A DNA stretch of 64,000 nucleotides from Cyanidioschyzon merolae (Eukaryota), in NCBI GenBank assembly GCA_000091205.1, contig AP006500.2. One strand, given 5' to 3'. The notes beneath the pieces were generated by a model that had not been told where the DNA came from, did no database searches, and was given only the letters and a program-made list of their open reading frames with translations. Below, in pieces: positions 22,716-35,199 of the stretch. The stretch's first letter is position 1. Every line of letters begins with the position of its first letter. The position numbers and the translations under genes are program-made.

Positions 22716-24860
22716 CTAGTAAAGATCCGTTGAGTACGTCTCTCCGGCGATGCCTTCGCGCTTGCGAAGGCCATCATCCCAGACATCGACGACGACACCT
22801 TCCGATGTGTCCTCAGGGCCAATGGTACCATTCGCGTCGTCGGCATCGCGGTTGACAATCTCGCCATCAAGTACCGCGAGCGCATCCGCTGAAAAGAAGC
22901 GCGGCAACAGAAACGATCGAACAACCATGAGAAGGCCAATCACCGCAGGAAAGAACAAAGTTGTCTGCGGAATCATCTTCAGTGTCCAGAGCGTAGCAAG
23001 ACAGACGAACTGAATGGCTGTAAAGGCGTTCACAATCGCAGGGCGAATCTTCCGCATCGGCGAATCATCGGGGTACAGTGCCGGGTCCACGAACAGCAAC
23101 CGAATTCGTCGGAGGAATTCGTTGCCGCTCATCATCCTTCTGCCCATGTAGAGAAAGAGGCCGCTGATCACGGCAATCGGAATGCGCCGCAACAGCGGGA
23201 GCAGCAACAGCGACATGCCCAGCGCAAAGTGTATCATGAAGCCAGTGAGACGGTTCTCGACAACGGAGACAATGCGCTCGCGCGGTGAACGCTCGCCCGG
23301 TCGCAAATACGTTTCGGTTACCGCCAAGCTGCGAACGTGGTTCAAGCTCTGCACCGTGGCGGCACACATCCATGGAAGGCCCAGAAGCGAAGCGATCAAC
23401 GTAATGAGAGACAGAATCAAGAGATCTAGATGGTACGCTTCACCTTTCCGGAGCCTATGTGCGGGCGAGTTCACCACACGAACAGTTATGTTTTGGTCCA
23501 GGAAGAAAAGAACCGTCAGCAGAATAGCCGGAATGATCGCAAAAAGTCGAACTTGAACAGGAGCTGCAAAGATCGGAATGAGCCACGAGCGATTGCCTGC
23601 CAGCTGGAACTTGACCGGCACCTGCAAACGTCCAAGTGTATAGCCACCCCATTCAGGTAATTGTGAAACCAGCGTCATGGAAAATATCGCGATGGCGGCG
23701 CCAAAGTCAGATAGAAATTCTCGAACAGTGCGCCTCAGGTATCGAGACTGGCGAAACTCGCTCAGCGTTCGGCCAACAATGAAAGTACCCAGCGACAAGC
23801 TGAGACTCATGAACGCCTCAGTCTTGTCCATACCGCATTTTCGAAAGTTCGAGCCAATCGATCGAAACGCCTCGTATAGAAACGTTGCGGCAATCAGAGC
23901 GTTAAAGCAGTCATCCGTGAAACGTGTGCAGTAACGTATCAAAGAGCTCGCGTTGAAAATCGCAAGTAGAAACAGAAAGAACGCCGTCCAGATTCCCACC
24001 CATGCATATGTTGGCAGGAACGGGAGACCTGCAGACGCACACACCTTGTACAATGATGCAGTAAAGGCAAGGGTCAAGCCGGTTGGACCAACAATCGTAA
24101 GAGGCTGCCCCGCCAGCGTATGGTATATCATGCCACAGATCGACCCAGACACGAGGAACTCAACGACGCCAATAGCGCCGTTCGTAATCTGCGCCGTAAT
24201 GCCCCCGAAAGCAACAATCGGGGCAAGGCACGCAAAGTAAAGGAAGAGAATCGCTGCCAATGACTTGAGACACAGTCCATCGCTCCAGTCGCCCCAAAAG
24301 TGTGGCGCTCTTTTAGCGATATCATGCGCGAGGCCGGTGAGTGGAGGCCAGGGCGGAGCGGACAACCCGTCGGAGCCCGCGCTCGCTGCCAACGCACCAA
24401 CAGCTGTAGAGACTTGCAGCCGACGCGTTTGAGACGGCCTGTTCCCATCGAGCTGCATCTTACAGAGACTGTAGTGACCGCCGACAGGAAGCTTCCGCAG
24501 CCGTCGCGGCTTGCGTTGCCTTAGAGCTACCTCATGCCTCTTGGGGCAGACGGTCGTAGTTGGGCGAGAGGAAACCTGCCAGAAGGACAGCGGCGCGTGG
24601 GCGCCTGTCACTGCTGCCCGCTGTTGGCGAGAGCGGCGGCACGTCGGGCCAGTGATGAATGACCAAGCGAGGAAACGCACCCCGCGAGTTTCTTGTTGTA
24701 CTTTTGCCTCAAGCAGCGTAGCGCGAGAGCTGGACGAGCCCATGAGCGAGTCCCGGACACTATGCTGCACCATTTTAGCCAAGTTAGTTGAACCACTTTC
24801 CTTTGAATGGGTGCCGAACGGCGTACAGTTGCGTGGCTGGTGGTAACGTCGCAGCGGCAA
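22716..24860 (-). CDS. SLC4-type anion exchanger / borate (BOR1-like) bicarbonate-transporter family membrane protein. The true start is probably the internal Met at about 24449.
   Basis: HFWGDWSDGLCLKSLAAILFLYFACLAPIVAFGG and many TM helices are typical of the HCO3-/BOR transporter family. The first 134 codons of the listed ORF are low-complexity and probably 5' UTR. Confidence 0.8.
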   Translation of the reverse strand: MPLRRYHQPRNCTPFGTHSKESGSTNLAKMVQHSVRDSLMGSSSSRATLLEAKVQQETRGVRFLAWSFITGPTCRRSRQQRAAVTGAHAPLSFWQVSSRPTTTVCPKRHEVALRQRKPRRLRKLPVGGHYSLCKMQLDGNRPSQTRRLQVSTAVGALAASAGSDGLSAPPWPPLTGLAHDIAKRAPHFWGDWSDGLCLKSLAAILFLYFACLAPIVAFGGITAQITNGAIGVVEFLVSGSICGMIYHTLAGQPLTIVGPTGLTLAFTASLYKVCASAGLPFLPTYAWVGIWTAFFLFLLAIFNASSLIRYCTRFTDDCFNALIAATFLYEAFRSIGSNFRKCGMDKTEAFMSLSLSLGTFIVGRTLSEFRQSRYLRRTVREFLSDFGAAIAIFSMTLVSQLPEWGGYTLGRLQVPVKFQLAGNRSWLIPIFAAPVQVRLFAIIPAILLTVLFFLDQNITVRVVNSPAHRLRKGEAYHLDLLILSLITLIASLLGLPWMCAATVQSLNHVRSLAVTETYLRPGERSPRERIVSVVENRLTGFMIHFALGMSLLLLPLLRRIPIAVISGLFLYMGRRMMSGNEFLRRIRLLFVDPALYPDDSPMRKIRPAIVNAFTAIQFVCLATLWTLKMIPQTTLFFPAVIGLLMVVRSFLLPRFFSADALAVLDGEIVNRDADDANGTIGPEDTSEGVVVDVWDDGLRKREGIAGETYSTDLY

Positions 24861-27800
24861 CGTACGGGCGACTCAAAAAGGTTGTGCAACGTCACAAAAG
24901 GCTCGTAACGCACGGCGGCACCGGCCCGAGTCAGTGAATCCTATGCCTTCGATCAGAAACTAGGACAATGCACGTGCTCTCACAGCAGCTCGACCAGAAA
25001 TACCCACAAGTTCTGTCCCAGCAAGAGCAGTCTCTGCCGACGGCTATAGACGCAGCCGCTGAGCGACTCGCACCGCAGCTGGGGCCGGATTACGCTGCGG
25101 CCGTTCGAGGGCCTCGGCTACGGAACGAGGTCCGTCGGCGAAAACTTTCATCGGTTTGCGAGTATCGTAGAACGCTTCGTATATCAGCGAGAGCGCATGA
25201 TGTGGTAGTGTAAAGCCTGCTGCATACAGTATCTGAGCATTCGTGTTGATGATATGTCCAGTGCACAGTGTCCGCGAGGGTGTGGTCCAACGTTATGCTC
25301 GCTGCACAGGAATGCATACGAGACATACGCAGCAGCAGATTCCAGCCATGAATCGCCATTACTATTGACCGTTGGCCAGGAAAATCGTTCCATTTGTAAA
25401 CGCGGAGGTCGGGATTTGATGAACTGCTGAACGGTGTTGTACCAATGGCTTGTTCCAGGCGAGTATCCAATACCCACTCTCCGGGGCGAAGACTTCCCCA
25501 TCGAAAGCCCTCTGTAATTCAGCGCAATATGCGCATCAAATACTGAACGATTCCCTGAAATATTCGCATAAAGACAGAACGGCCGAACGCCCCAGGTGCA
25601 CGAAGTATTTCCCAGTATTGCTGAGACGGTCAAGTTTCGGTGCAAAAAGTGCTTGCGTGCATATTGTCGCTGCTGGAATGACACTGTGTCACGCCCTGTT
25701 GTGTTCGATTGCCTCGCCTTCTAGAGTTCAGTCACCGCACGGTGCACCATCTCGTGCATTCTGTTCTTCTCCATTCTCTTCTTCTCTACAGGTTTTACCG
25801 TGTGCTCGTGGACGTGCTGCGTGTATGTCGTCCTAGACGCATCGACGGGAATCCTGCACGCTCGATTCTTCCAGGAACTGAACGCGCTCTTTTAAGGAGC
25901 ACGAGTGCAGCCTTTGCGTGCCACAGCAAAACCAGCGCAGTAGGCTAACAGCGAACGACACGACAAATTAGCTATTTCCCTTTCAGAGTTGTTGAAGAAC
26001 TTGGCGAATGTACGCCTCCTGTCCAGACACAGCCAGAATCGATGACGATCCTAGTCCGATCTCGCGCATACCAGTTGAAAATCGTCCACAAGTCATATTT
26101 GGGCGCGCATATGCTATCCAAAAGCGCGGAATCCCTTCCAGCGGTCTCACTCTTCCGGGGCGCTGAGACGGGGCTGCAACGGGTACGTGGTTCGTCTCAT
26201 AAAGCACTCTCCACTGACCCGCATATGGTTTATGAGGTTGGGTTGGGGCGCTTCGGCACCGAAGCTGAAGACTCTTTTCATATCCGTCTCTTCAAGGTAT
26301 CCAGCGAAGCGCGTCTGCATATCTCTGATCCTATGTGCAGGTCGTTTTGTACCTTCTGTCCTGAGCATCAGTTCTCGTTCGAGGTTTAGGCCGGAAAATT
26401 CCAAGGGAAATTCCAGTCGCTGGCAGGGTGCATCAGGAGCTCCGACAATCGCTTTTTTGACGCGACACCGTTGGGCGAGAGAAGCTACGCGATACCAATT
26501 AGAGTCCTGAATCTCATTTTCTGGAAAATTCTCCCCGTAGATAAATTATAAAGTGCCTGGCAATCGTTTCAGACCAAGGTTTCCGCTCCGACATTTTTCC
26601 TTCCTCTCACTACTTCTCGTATTTTCGGAGAGATGTTTCCCTACTTTTTCCCGATATTTCTCCTCGCTCTCTTTTCCCGTGTCCTTTTACTTGGCGGGTT
26701 GCGAGGACGTGTTTGCCGTAGAAATCATGCGTTTCCTCCGTGGCATTCAGGCATACTGTTTCGACGGTGGCATGAAGCTCGGCTTTACGCTTGAGTATTT
26801 CTCTCCTATGCCGCAAATGCCGTATCGTCAACTTTGCTGCCTCGAGCCCGCCCGTGGACCCAATCGCGCCATTTCGCTGGCCCCCACGAACGAAAAGGCG
26901 AGCACCAGAGCGGCTCAGTACTGGTGATTGTTGAGAACGAGTTGTAGCAGAATCATTCATGGAAGATCTTCGGTGCCCTGAACACGAACGATGCGTCCAT
27001 GGATCCGTTTGCGCATAAATGCCGCTTGACATTAGAGAAGACGCGTTCGACTGAATTGATCCCTGAGGAAAACCTGACCCGAAGAGCAGCTGAATGCAAA
27101 TATCAGCAGCGTATACCTCGACCGATTTTGAGTGTTGAAATGCAACGTTGGCTAGGAGCAGGATATGAACATGTGGGAAGCAGAAGCGAAGATGAGCTTT
27201 CAAGAACGACGGGATTTTGAGCGATTCCGGCCGATTAGCTATTTACGGGCGCCCGCAGCACGGAATCGCCGCTACGGCTGACACTGTCGCCATGCTTTCT
27301 CGTCTCTTCTTTACGAACAGCGGTTTACTGGTATTTGAGTTCCCATGTACAGGTCTAGCAACGCTTCCAAATGAAGTTTCATCGAGTCCAGTGGACACCT
27401 GTCCGTACTGCACTGAGCGTTCGCATTCCATTACGGAATCGGCCAGGAGCTGCTCAACGCGCGGCGGTCTCTCATCCGAGCGCACTTCTATGTTTACCAT
27501 CCATGTCTCAGCGTCAGCATATCTGTCAATGGTACGGAAATTGCACATCTTGTAGCTTCTCTGCGAGTGCTTCTTAAAGAACGAATGGCCAGGAGCGGAT
27601 CGAAAAGCAGAGAGTCATTTAGACATTGTTTGATAAAGTCTGTTTCGAATGCACAAAATTCAAGATGAGGGCGAGGAGAAGAGTTAATCATCCACCCGCT
27701 CACCGTAGAAAGACTGTCTCAGACGAGTAAACCCGTTTTTCGCAGCCTAGCAGTGACAGCGTCAACTCTTTTCGAAAACCTTTTGGAATGCGGAGTACAC

Positions 27801-28064
27801 ATCCCCTTTGTTGACTACCCTTGACAAAAACAGCAAAACCAAAAATGGCGTGCAGGTCCAGGTCTTTCACAAAGCACCGCGTTGGGAGCGAACATCTGAG
27901 AGGTCCTGGTGCCGTACGCACCAGAGCCCACGCGGCAATCTTTTCTCGATACTTACCACCAAGCCAGTGGCATCTTCCCCCACTTGAGATAACGGCAGCA
28001 GCTGGAGCAGCGCAGCGCAAAGAAACGGCGCCCGCGGCTGCCGCCAGCGACAACCTTGACGCAC

Positions 28065-28538
28065 TCACTTCGCGTACTCCAGGGTCCACTGTTGCGCAAT
28101 CTCCTTCGCTCGTGCAATGTCTTTCTTCCAGAGCTCTGCGGCTTCATTGTTAAGGGCATCCTCGGGGTTCGGCTCCGACATAAGCGCCTGTATCGACAAG
28201 AGCACGGTGCGAATCTGGAGCGCTGGACTCCAACGATCCTTCAGAATATCCAAACAGACCCTACCTAGCCGGTCGATATTTGGATGATAGATTTTCGTTA
28301 AAAACCGGGCACGCGGTGCTTGCATCGGGTACTCTGCGGGCAAGAAAAGCTCAAGTCGAAAGACACCGCCCTCGTAGGGCGAGCCCTCGGGGCCTGCCAG
28401 GATGACGTTGAAGTACCGCGCGTTCTCGTCGTGAACTGTAACGGAAATTCCCGGTACAGGATCCTTCGCAAGGCGTTCTGTCTCTTTAAGAATGCGCTTC
28501 GATAAATGTCCACTCATTCGTACGGCGAACGATACCAC
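28065..28538 (-). CDS. UBC13: Ubiquitin-conjugating enzyme E2 N (Ubc13).
   Basis: The 157-aa sequence is near-identical in pattern to Ubc13. Matching blocks include [91 protein letters not shown] and an HPN plus catalytic Cys. The stop is TGA. Confidence 0.92.
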   Translation of the reverse strand: MVSFAVRMSGHLSKRILKETERLAKDPVPGISVTVHDENARYFNVILAGPEGSPYEGGVFRLELFLPAEYPMQAPRARFLTKIYHPNIDRLGRVCLDILKDRWSPALQIRTVLLSIQALMSEPNPEDALNNEAAELWKKDIARAKEIAQQWTLEYAK

Positions 28539-31174
28539 GAAGACCCTGGGCTATTGAAAAGCTAGAACTAGCGCCTCTCGACCGGAGGTGCGAGCGCAAA
28601 TCGGTACGAGTTTCGAGCGTATGGCGCATCCAGGATGACTACGCGGGTGAAGCCGTTGTTAACGCTACACGCGAGGCAGTGATACGACATTCATGTGTGT
28701 ACGTGTGTTGTGTGACTGTGTCTGTGTAGGGTATACGCTGCAATCGTGTGGGCTGCGGGTATTCTCCGATATACGCTAGCCCGCTCCACTTGCACCGACA
28801 GAAATGCGCTTTAGCTTAGCATCTATTGTGCAGATTCTTGTCGATATGCAGCACCGACGATGCGGGTTCGGCGAGATGTCCAATGGAAAAAGCTCCGGAT
28901 CACGGCCCCTATTCGGATGATTCTCAGCGGTATGTAGCACGTGTGAGATGTCCCATGGGAAATGATACAGTGTGGCAGTTGAGTTTTGCGGGCGCGGTGA
29001 CACTTCACCAGAAAAAGAGCGGGGTCATCGAGGACCCCACGAGATCGAAGCAAAATTTGCCCTGGCTCTCTCGACAAATAGGCGTACAAACTGTTTCTTA
29101 AGTAGCTTGATTAGCGAAAGTGGTACCTGCACTGGATTCATTGGAAAAGATCTCCGCAGACAATTCGAAAAGCTGTCTTGCTCGATGCTCCGATCAGCGT
29201 TGGTACATATCGCCGGCGATTTCAACCTTGTCCATCTGGAATAGAATCACTCCAGATCGCAGGTGCCTCGTCATGTAGACGGGCTGGTAGGGCAATCATG
29301 GTCTTCACCGCGTGGCCGGTGTCTCGATGATAGGTCGTCGCCAACGATGAGAACGCCCAGGCCATTGGCATTTCGGCACTGCAGGCTTGTGTGGTTCGCC
29401 AGTGCCCGCTTGGGAGGCTGCGATGGGTTCAGGCGGGCCCTATCCATGAGATGCACTCCAACGACGTGCATCGCGACGCCGAACGCCAGCTGCGTATCAC
29501 CAAAGCTGTCAGACAAAGATGTAATACTAAAATGCTCGCTCTGTTCCTTGTTTTCGACTTTTTGAAATTTGCTTACATGTACGGCCTCGATATTCGAAAG
29601 CATCAATAAGGACCTAAAGACCGTTACGTAGTTTGAGGATTCTCGCACGTAGTTTCGGAGTTGGCCCATCTAAGCTTCGCCGACGGAATTCGTTACGTCA
29701 CTGGAATCATGCTGAATCGCGGCGCCTCGACCAAGGGTTCATAAACGAAACGAGATTCTCGTCCTGTTCATACGTATATGCCTCCATTCATTTTTGTTCT
29801 ATGCTTGGAGCTTGCTCAAATCAAGCAATCTTCAAGTTCACGATCTGTCCATTGCGAGGCAGCCCGTGGGCCCAGCAACACGCGCCGCTAATTGACGAGG
29901 AAAAAAATCGGTGTCGTCCATTGACGGCTTCTTCTTCAGTGATTCATGCCGAAAGATCACTAAACAATTCAAGTCAAACAATCAACTTCTTTTGAACCAA
30001 AAATTTTCCTCCATTTGTGTACACTGAAGAAGCGGCGTTCCATGGCTGCATGTAATGCCGCTGTGTGATATGCTTCCAGGTGCTCCCGTTTCTCACGTTT
30101 ACATGGAAAAGAGCCCTGGACTCGGCCTTCAATCATCGCAGCAATCACTTCGAGTAGAAAAAGAGTCATCGCTTTGCACAGAGGGCACGTGTACGCATCA
30201 AAATTTCTCGACATTATCTCCGAACTGGATTCCCCATCCAATACTTGTTCCTTTATGACCAACATTGTCTTTCACCAATCCTCCATCGAGTCCAACAGCG
30301 TGCGGTCGACTACACACCGGACAGAGTACCAGCCGAAGAGAGAGCCCATAACAAGTCCGCGATCGACGGATACGGCTATGCACAGAAACCGAGGTGGACA
30401 TCGACGGGAGCCTTCTGTACCCGTCGAGGGCATGTTTCGAGCTATGAATCCAGCGTCCACGTGCCACAGGCCCGAGCCCGGTCGACGGAGTTAGCTGGAC
30501 ATACGCGAGCATCTGACCACAGTCAGGTGTCACCGCTGCGACGCGCGCATTGAGACAGTACACCAGAAAGCCGAGCATGGCAAGCAATGCGTGGATTTCA
30601 ACCTCTGCCGGTGCAGGACATGCGTGAGCAACATCCAGAAGCACCAAAATCGGGACTTGAACGCTGCCATCAACCTCATTCGACTGCTAGCCATGGAGCT
30701 AGAGAGATATATAAGAGACCTGCGAACGGGAAGCCGGAGATAAGACAGAGAAAAAGGAAGCAGTCGCCGAAAAGAAAAGCCCCGGAAGGCGGCTGTTGAT
30801 GACACTGGGAAGAGACCCAAAGTTTAGAGCGCATGCCAGCGTCAAGAAAGAGGTACCCGTTCCGTTTCATTCTGAAATGGGTACATGTCCTGCGAACGAA
30901 GAGGAAATTCCACTGGAGCACCATGTTCCGGCTTCCAGCGATCGCTGATTGATCCATTTGCTAGCCGATTTACGCGTTTGATTCGAGTATGCAAGCACCC
31001 GATGGCTTCAGTGCCGAACGCACTGCTTTTTTGATTGTTCAAGAAGGGCTCTGCCTCCAAACAGTAGCGAATGCGACGTTCGTTCTTCCACAGACGCCCT
31101 GCATGCAGTCACCGCAAGTCCACATAAACGATACGCGGTTTCCCAGGATGCTGCATTTTGTCAGAGCGTTCGAA

Positions 31175-32341
31175 TCAATGCAAAAGATGATCCACGGCGC
31201 CCAGACGTTCAGACCAGTGCATCCGCATCAGGAGGAGGCGCTCCCGGCCAAAATGCACATAGTCAAATGTTTCGCTCGGTGGATCAGCTGCCATGATGAA
31301 AGCCCAAACACTCCAGATCCAGTGACTCAGTAGGCTGAAAGCATTCGCCTCAGCGACAAGACGATCCCGTTCCAAGGTCGATACCGAAGCGCTACGGCAT
31401 CTCGAGCTGGTTGCGGTGTCTATTGCGTCGTCACTCTGTGAAAATGCTGACAACGATGCCAGATATGCTTCCGCGAAACGATGCTGCTCGGCTTCAGTCG
31501 GATATCGTGCAAACGAATCAAGCGGCTTCAAGCCACAGTTCTCCGTGAGACCCATCCATTCGTTGAAGTGGTTCCCAAGGTCATACGCCCGCGGTGCGTA
31601 ACCTGCATACTCGAAATCCACAAAACGAATCATCTGTTCCGTCGGATCGTAGAGTATGTTCGCACCAAGCAGGTCATTGTGGCAGAACACAATGTCATCT
31701 GCAGGCAGACGGTGCCGTAACTCTTTGAACTCGTTCTGTAAACGCGTTGGCTTGCCGTTGCAAAGCTCCTCAACCGGCAGGCAGTGCCGTTCCACAGCTT
31801 TCCTCAGCAGTCTCTCGCAGAACTCCCACTGGAGTGCTATTGCTTGGGCTCGTGGCAGTGTCTGTTCCGAGGGCCTAAAACAATGTAGCCGCGCGAGAGC
31901 GCTGGCGACTTGTGAATAGACTTGCTTGTCGTGCAGCGTGCGATAGTCGAGCGGCTTCCCAGTGAGAACGCCCTCTACCCTTCCGCGAGGAAAGATGCCC
32001 AGCAACGGCGGTCCAAGACCAGCGGCCGCTAGCTCTGCATACAAGCTGTTCTCCCGGCGACGGTTAAAAAAGTCACCGGAGCCAAAGATTCGAACGAGAA
32101 CCGCGGTGCCGGTAACTGTACTTGTACACCGGTACATTCGGTTCGTAACCCCACCCTGAACTCGCTCCACCGTGCAACACGAGGGCGCCCAGGCGTTATC
32201 TGAGAAGAGCTGCCCAAGGACTAGCAGCACCTCACGTTCCTCTGCCTCGGTAGCTCGAGCGGCCTGCGTCGCCAGTTCCACGTCTCGTCGCTTGACTTCA
32301 CCCCCCGCATCTTCAAGGGTTTGCAGCACCATTCTACGCAC
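31175..32341 (-). CDS. Choline/ethanolamine kinase.
   Basis: Brenner motif CHNDLLGANILYD and choline-kinase motif FVDFEYAGYAPRAYDLGNHFNEW. Confidence 0.85.
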   Translation of the reverse strand: MRRMVLQTLEDAGGEVKRRDVELATQAARATEAEEREVLLVLGQLFSDNAWAPSCCTVERVQGGVTNRMYRCTSTVTGTAVLVRIFGSGDFFNRRRENSLYAELAAAGLGPPLLGIFPRGRVEGVLTGKPLDYRTLHDKQVYSQVASALARLHCFRPSEQTLPRAQAIALQWEFCERLLRKAVERHCLPVEELCNGKPTRLQNEFKELRHRLPADDIVFCHNDLLGANILYDPTEQMIRFVDFEYAGYAPRAYDLGNHFNEWMGLTENCGLKPLDSFARYPTEAEQHRFAEAYLASLSAFSQSDDAIDTATSSRCRSASVSTLERDRLVAEANAFSLLSHWIWSVWAFIMAADPPSETFDYVHFGRERLLLMRMHWSERLGAVDHLLH

Positions 32342-33663
32342 GGTGGCTAAGCATTCGCTTCAGAACAGCGATGCTCTGCCTGTTCTTATGCTCCGAGGCA
32401 GTTCAACGTCTACTCGGCTATTGTGCTGGTCAACTCGAGCCGAGCCCTTACCGTTCAGGAAGATCCTGTGAACTGAGAAAACGATCTGAGACGTTGGGAA
32501 ATTCTGCGCGCGGCGCCGACGCTGCGTTTCAGGCGAAGTCGCAGCAGCAGCAGCAGCCGTAGTAGTCGTAGTTTGCGGATCTCGATTGAACCATCGAAGC
32601 TCGCATGGTCGTCAACAATGTCTACATCTGAGCAGCTGCAGTATTCGATAAATATCGAGTCTCAATGACGAATACATCTTACGATACCGCAGTTCCTTTT
32701 CGTGACCGCAAAATCGAGGTTTTCTCTGCGCTGTATCGGCGGAGGCTGGTATTGCATCAGCTCAGAGGCTTCGCGCTCGGTGGCAACGGTTACGACAGAG
32801 GGCAAGGAGAGGATCCGAACAGCCCATGCACGCTCCGGGAATGGTAGTCTTGCTTCATTGCAGCATAAAGCACCATCGTCTCACTGGTTGTTTCGGACTG
32901 GGCAGCGTTGACGACACCTGCAGAAATGGACGGACGATCCAGACCGCCAGCGAAAAGAGCTTCGATCTGCGCACAGAGCCTCGTACTGCAGGGCATGATC
33001 GACCGAAAAGCAACCCACCTGCTCCGAGAATGGACCCGGGTTCGATTCATGTCCATCGCTAGAAAGCTGTTACGGATCGCGGTCCGCTCGTCATGCAATC
33101 GTTTCCGAGCTGATCGGCAGCTGAGCTGCGGGCGTACGCAAGGCCAGACTCCATCGCAACCTGTCGATACCGCCACGGACCGACGAGGCGCTTGCGGCAC
33201 CGTTGCAGGCGCTTTTACCAGCCTCGGCAGCCGCAGCATCGTTTGAACGGAGCACGATCTCCGAAGACAAACCTGGTTTGTGGTTCATTGAACGAAGACG
33301 TCTCGGAAGGCGGCGTGGCGGCCTCGCTGGATACCCATCATATCTCACGCACTCGTCGATGCCCGCGCCAGCGCATCGGTCCACCAGAATCATCAGCATT
33401 TGCAGCGCGTTGCATCTGACACGTATATAGGTATCAAACTGTCCATATCTATACAATACAGTAGCACTTGCATGGCGCCCCGGCACCGCACCACCCGCAT
33501 CGCTGGACGTGCCGCAAACGCCGCGTCGCGATCGCTCCCGCGATGCGCGATCGGGGCTGATGCGTGCACCACTGCTCCGCGCATCCATGCGGTTGCCGCG
33601 TACGCATTGCTTCTCGCACAACGACGAGAGACTTTGCTCCCGAGGGAGCTGCGCACGTAGGCA

Positions 33664-35199
33664 ATGACGTTCGTGACGCTACCACTCTGTGCAAGCAGAA
33701 GCGTTGTACCTAGCTTGAAGTGTGCTGCCTGTCGGCGCGGAAGTCGTTTAGGGCTTGGCGGCCGATTAAGGTCGAAGCTGCGTTCCTCCCCTGGCTCGTC
33801 GTCTCTGAGGTGCCTGCAACCTAACGGGACACCTAGTGCAGGGCACCAGGGAAATAAAGCAGGAAATGTGAACACTTTTGGTAAAACTGTTCTTGTTCTT
33901 GGGGGGGATGGATTTTGTGGCTGGCCGACCGCTCTCCATCTGTCAGATCTGGGGTACAGTGTCGTAATTGTCGACAACTTGTCGCGGCGCAAGATCGATA
34001 TCGAGCTGGAGTGCGAGTCCTTGACGCCTATTGCGGCACCGAGCGAGCGCATCGCTGTTTGGAATGCCTTGTCCGATCGCGAGATTCGCTTTGAGTTTAT
34101 GGACGTTGCTCATGAGTACTGGCATTTGTTGGAGCTCATCAAAAGGGAGCAACCCTGCGCTATCGTGCACTTTGCGGAACAGCGGGCTGCACCGTACAGC
34201 ATGAAAGGGAGCCGCCAGAAACGCTATACAGTTGATAACAATGTGAACGGCACCATGAGCGTGCTGACAGCGGTCGTGGAGTCCAACCTGGATATCCATG
34301 TTGTTCACCTGGGCACCATGGGCGTCTACGGCTACGGCTCCAGTGGCGGCAAGATTCCCGAAGGCTACCTCGATGTCGTGCTGCCCTCCGGAGAGCGCCG
34401 CTCGATCCTGCATCCAGCCTACCCGGGGAGTGTCTATCACGCCTCCAAGTGTCTCGATGCGCTGCTGTTTCAGTTCTTTGCAAGGAATGATGGGCTTCGC
34501 ATAACGGATCTGCATCAAGGCGTCGTTTGGGGCACGTTCACCCAGAATACCATGCGCCATGAGCTCTTAATGAATCGTTACGACTACGACTCCGATTACG
34601 GCACCGTGTTGAACCGCTTTTTAATGCAAGCTGCATGTGGGCTGCCTCTTACGGTTTACGGAAGTGGTGGGCAGACTCGAGCCTTTATTCATATTAGCGA
34701 TACGTGCAAGTGTATCGCACTTGCGCTAGCAAATCCGCCTAATCGCGGCGATCGTGTCAAGATCTACAACCAAGTCGCAGAGACACATCGCGTGCGCGAC
34801 CTCGCGGCTCTTGTCGCCCGGAAAACGGGCGCCAGTGTGCACCAAATTCCCAATCCTCGGAACGAGGCCTCCGAGAACGAACTCGATGTGAGCAACCAGA
34901 ATTTTCGTTCGCTTGGCTGGGACCCTGTCACACTGGAGGAGAGTCTGCTCGAGGAGGTGGTTGGTGTCGCGGAAAGATATCGGCATCGCATTCGCCGTGA
35001 CAAGGTCATGCCCAGCAGCTTCTGGAACCGGGAGCGAGAAGAGGCGTGTCGCGCGAATGCGACAAACTCGAGCGACGCACTAGCCGAGATATCGGCTGCG
35101 GCGAGTTCCGAGTGGCGTGATGAGGTGTTAAAGCAGCTGGCCAATGGTGACGACAAGAAACTCGAGCGTATGCGCTCGGCGCTGCGAGATGAACCCTAG
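33664..35199 (+). CDS. SQD1: UDP-sulfoquinovose synthase (SQD1) with an N-terminal transit-peptide-like extension of about 75 aa.
   Basis: VLVLGGDGFCGWPTALHLS..VVIVDNL.RR..ESLTPIA......W.AL...I..F.D.....L.E.......IVHFAEQRAAPYSM..S.....YT..NNV.GT..VL.A......H.V.LGTMG.YG......EGY......HPA.PGSVYHASK..D.L..F......G.R.TDL.QGVVWG is collinear with plant and cyanobacterial SQD1/SqdB. The N-terminus is MTFVTLPLCASRSVVPSLK..RSKLRSSPGSSS. The stop is TAG. Confidence 0.9.
   Translation: MTFVTLPLCASRSVVPSLKCAACRRGSRLGLGGRLRSKLRSSPGSSSLRCLQPNGTPSAGHQGNKAGNVNTFGKTVLVLGGDGFCGWPTALHLSDLGYSVVIVDNLSRRKIDIELECESLTPIAAPSERIAVWNALSDREIRFEFMDVAHEYWHLLELIKREQPCAIVHFAEQRAAPYSMKGSRQKRYTVDNNVNGTMSVLTAVVESNLDIHVVHLGTMGVYGYGSSGGKIPEGYLDVVLPSGERRSILHPAYPGSVYHASKCLDALLFQFFARNDGLRITDLHQGVVWGTFTQNTMRHELLMNRYDYDSDYGTVLNRFLMQAACGLPLTVYGSGGQTRAFIHISDTCKCIALALANPPNRGDRVKIYNQVAETHRVRDLAALVARKTGASVHQIPNPRNEASENELDVSNQNFRSLGWDPVTLEESLLEEVVGVAERYRHRIRRDKVMPSSFWNREREEACRANATNSSDALAEISAAASSEWRDEVLKQLANGDDKKLERMRSALRDEP

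Noticed and set aside
26553-27203. ORFs 26553..26927 (+) and 26610..27203 (-) as a gene pair.
   Set aside because: They are mutually overlapping antisense frames across a CT-rich tract (about 26580-26700), with no domain signatures. More likely an intergenic or promoter-proximal pyrimidine-rich region.
33025-33065. Possible tRNA suggested by a T-loop-like gggttcgattc.
   Set aside because: No convincing acceptor-stem or anticodon-stem pairing could be found in the surrounding 90 nt by eye.
32790-34052. Minus-strand ORFs 32790..33239, 33091..33621 and 33393..34052 upstream of and overlapping SQD1.
   Set aside because: They are Arg/Ala/Ser-rich with no recognisable motifs, and they overlap the SQD1 5' region and CDS. 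GC-driven open frames are the most likely cause.
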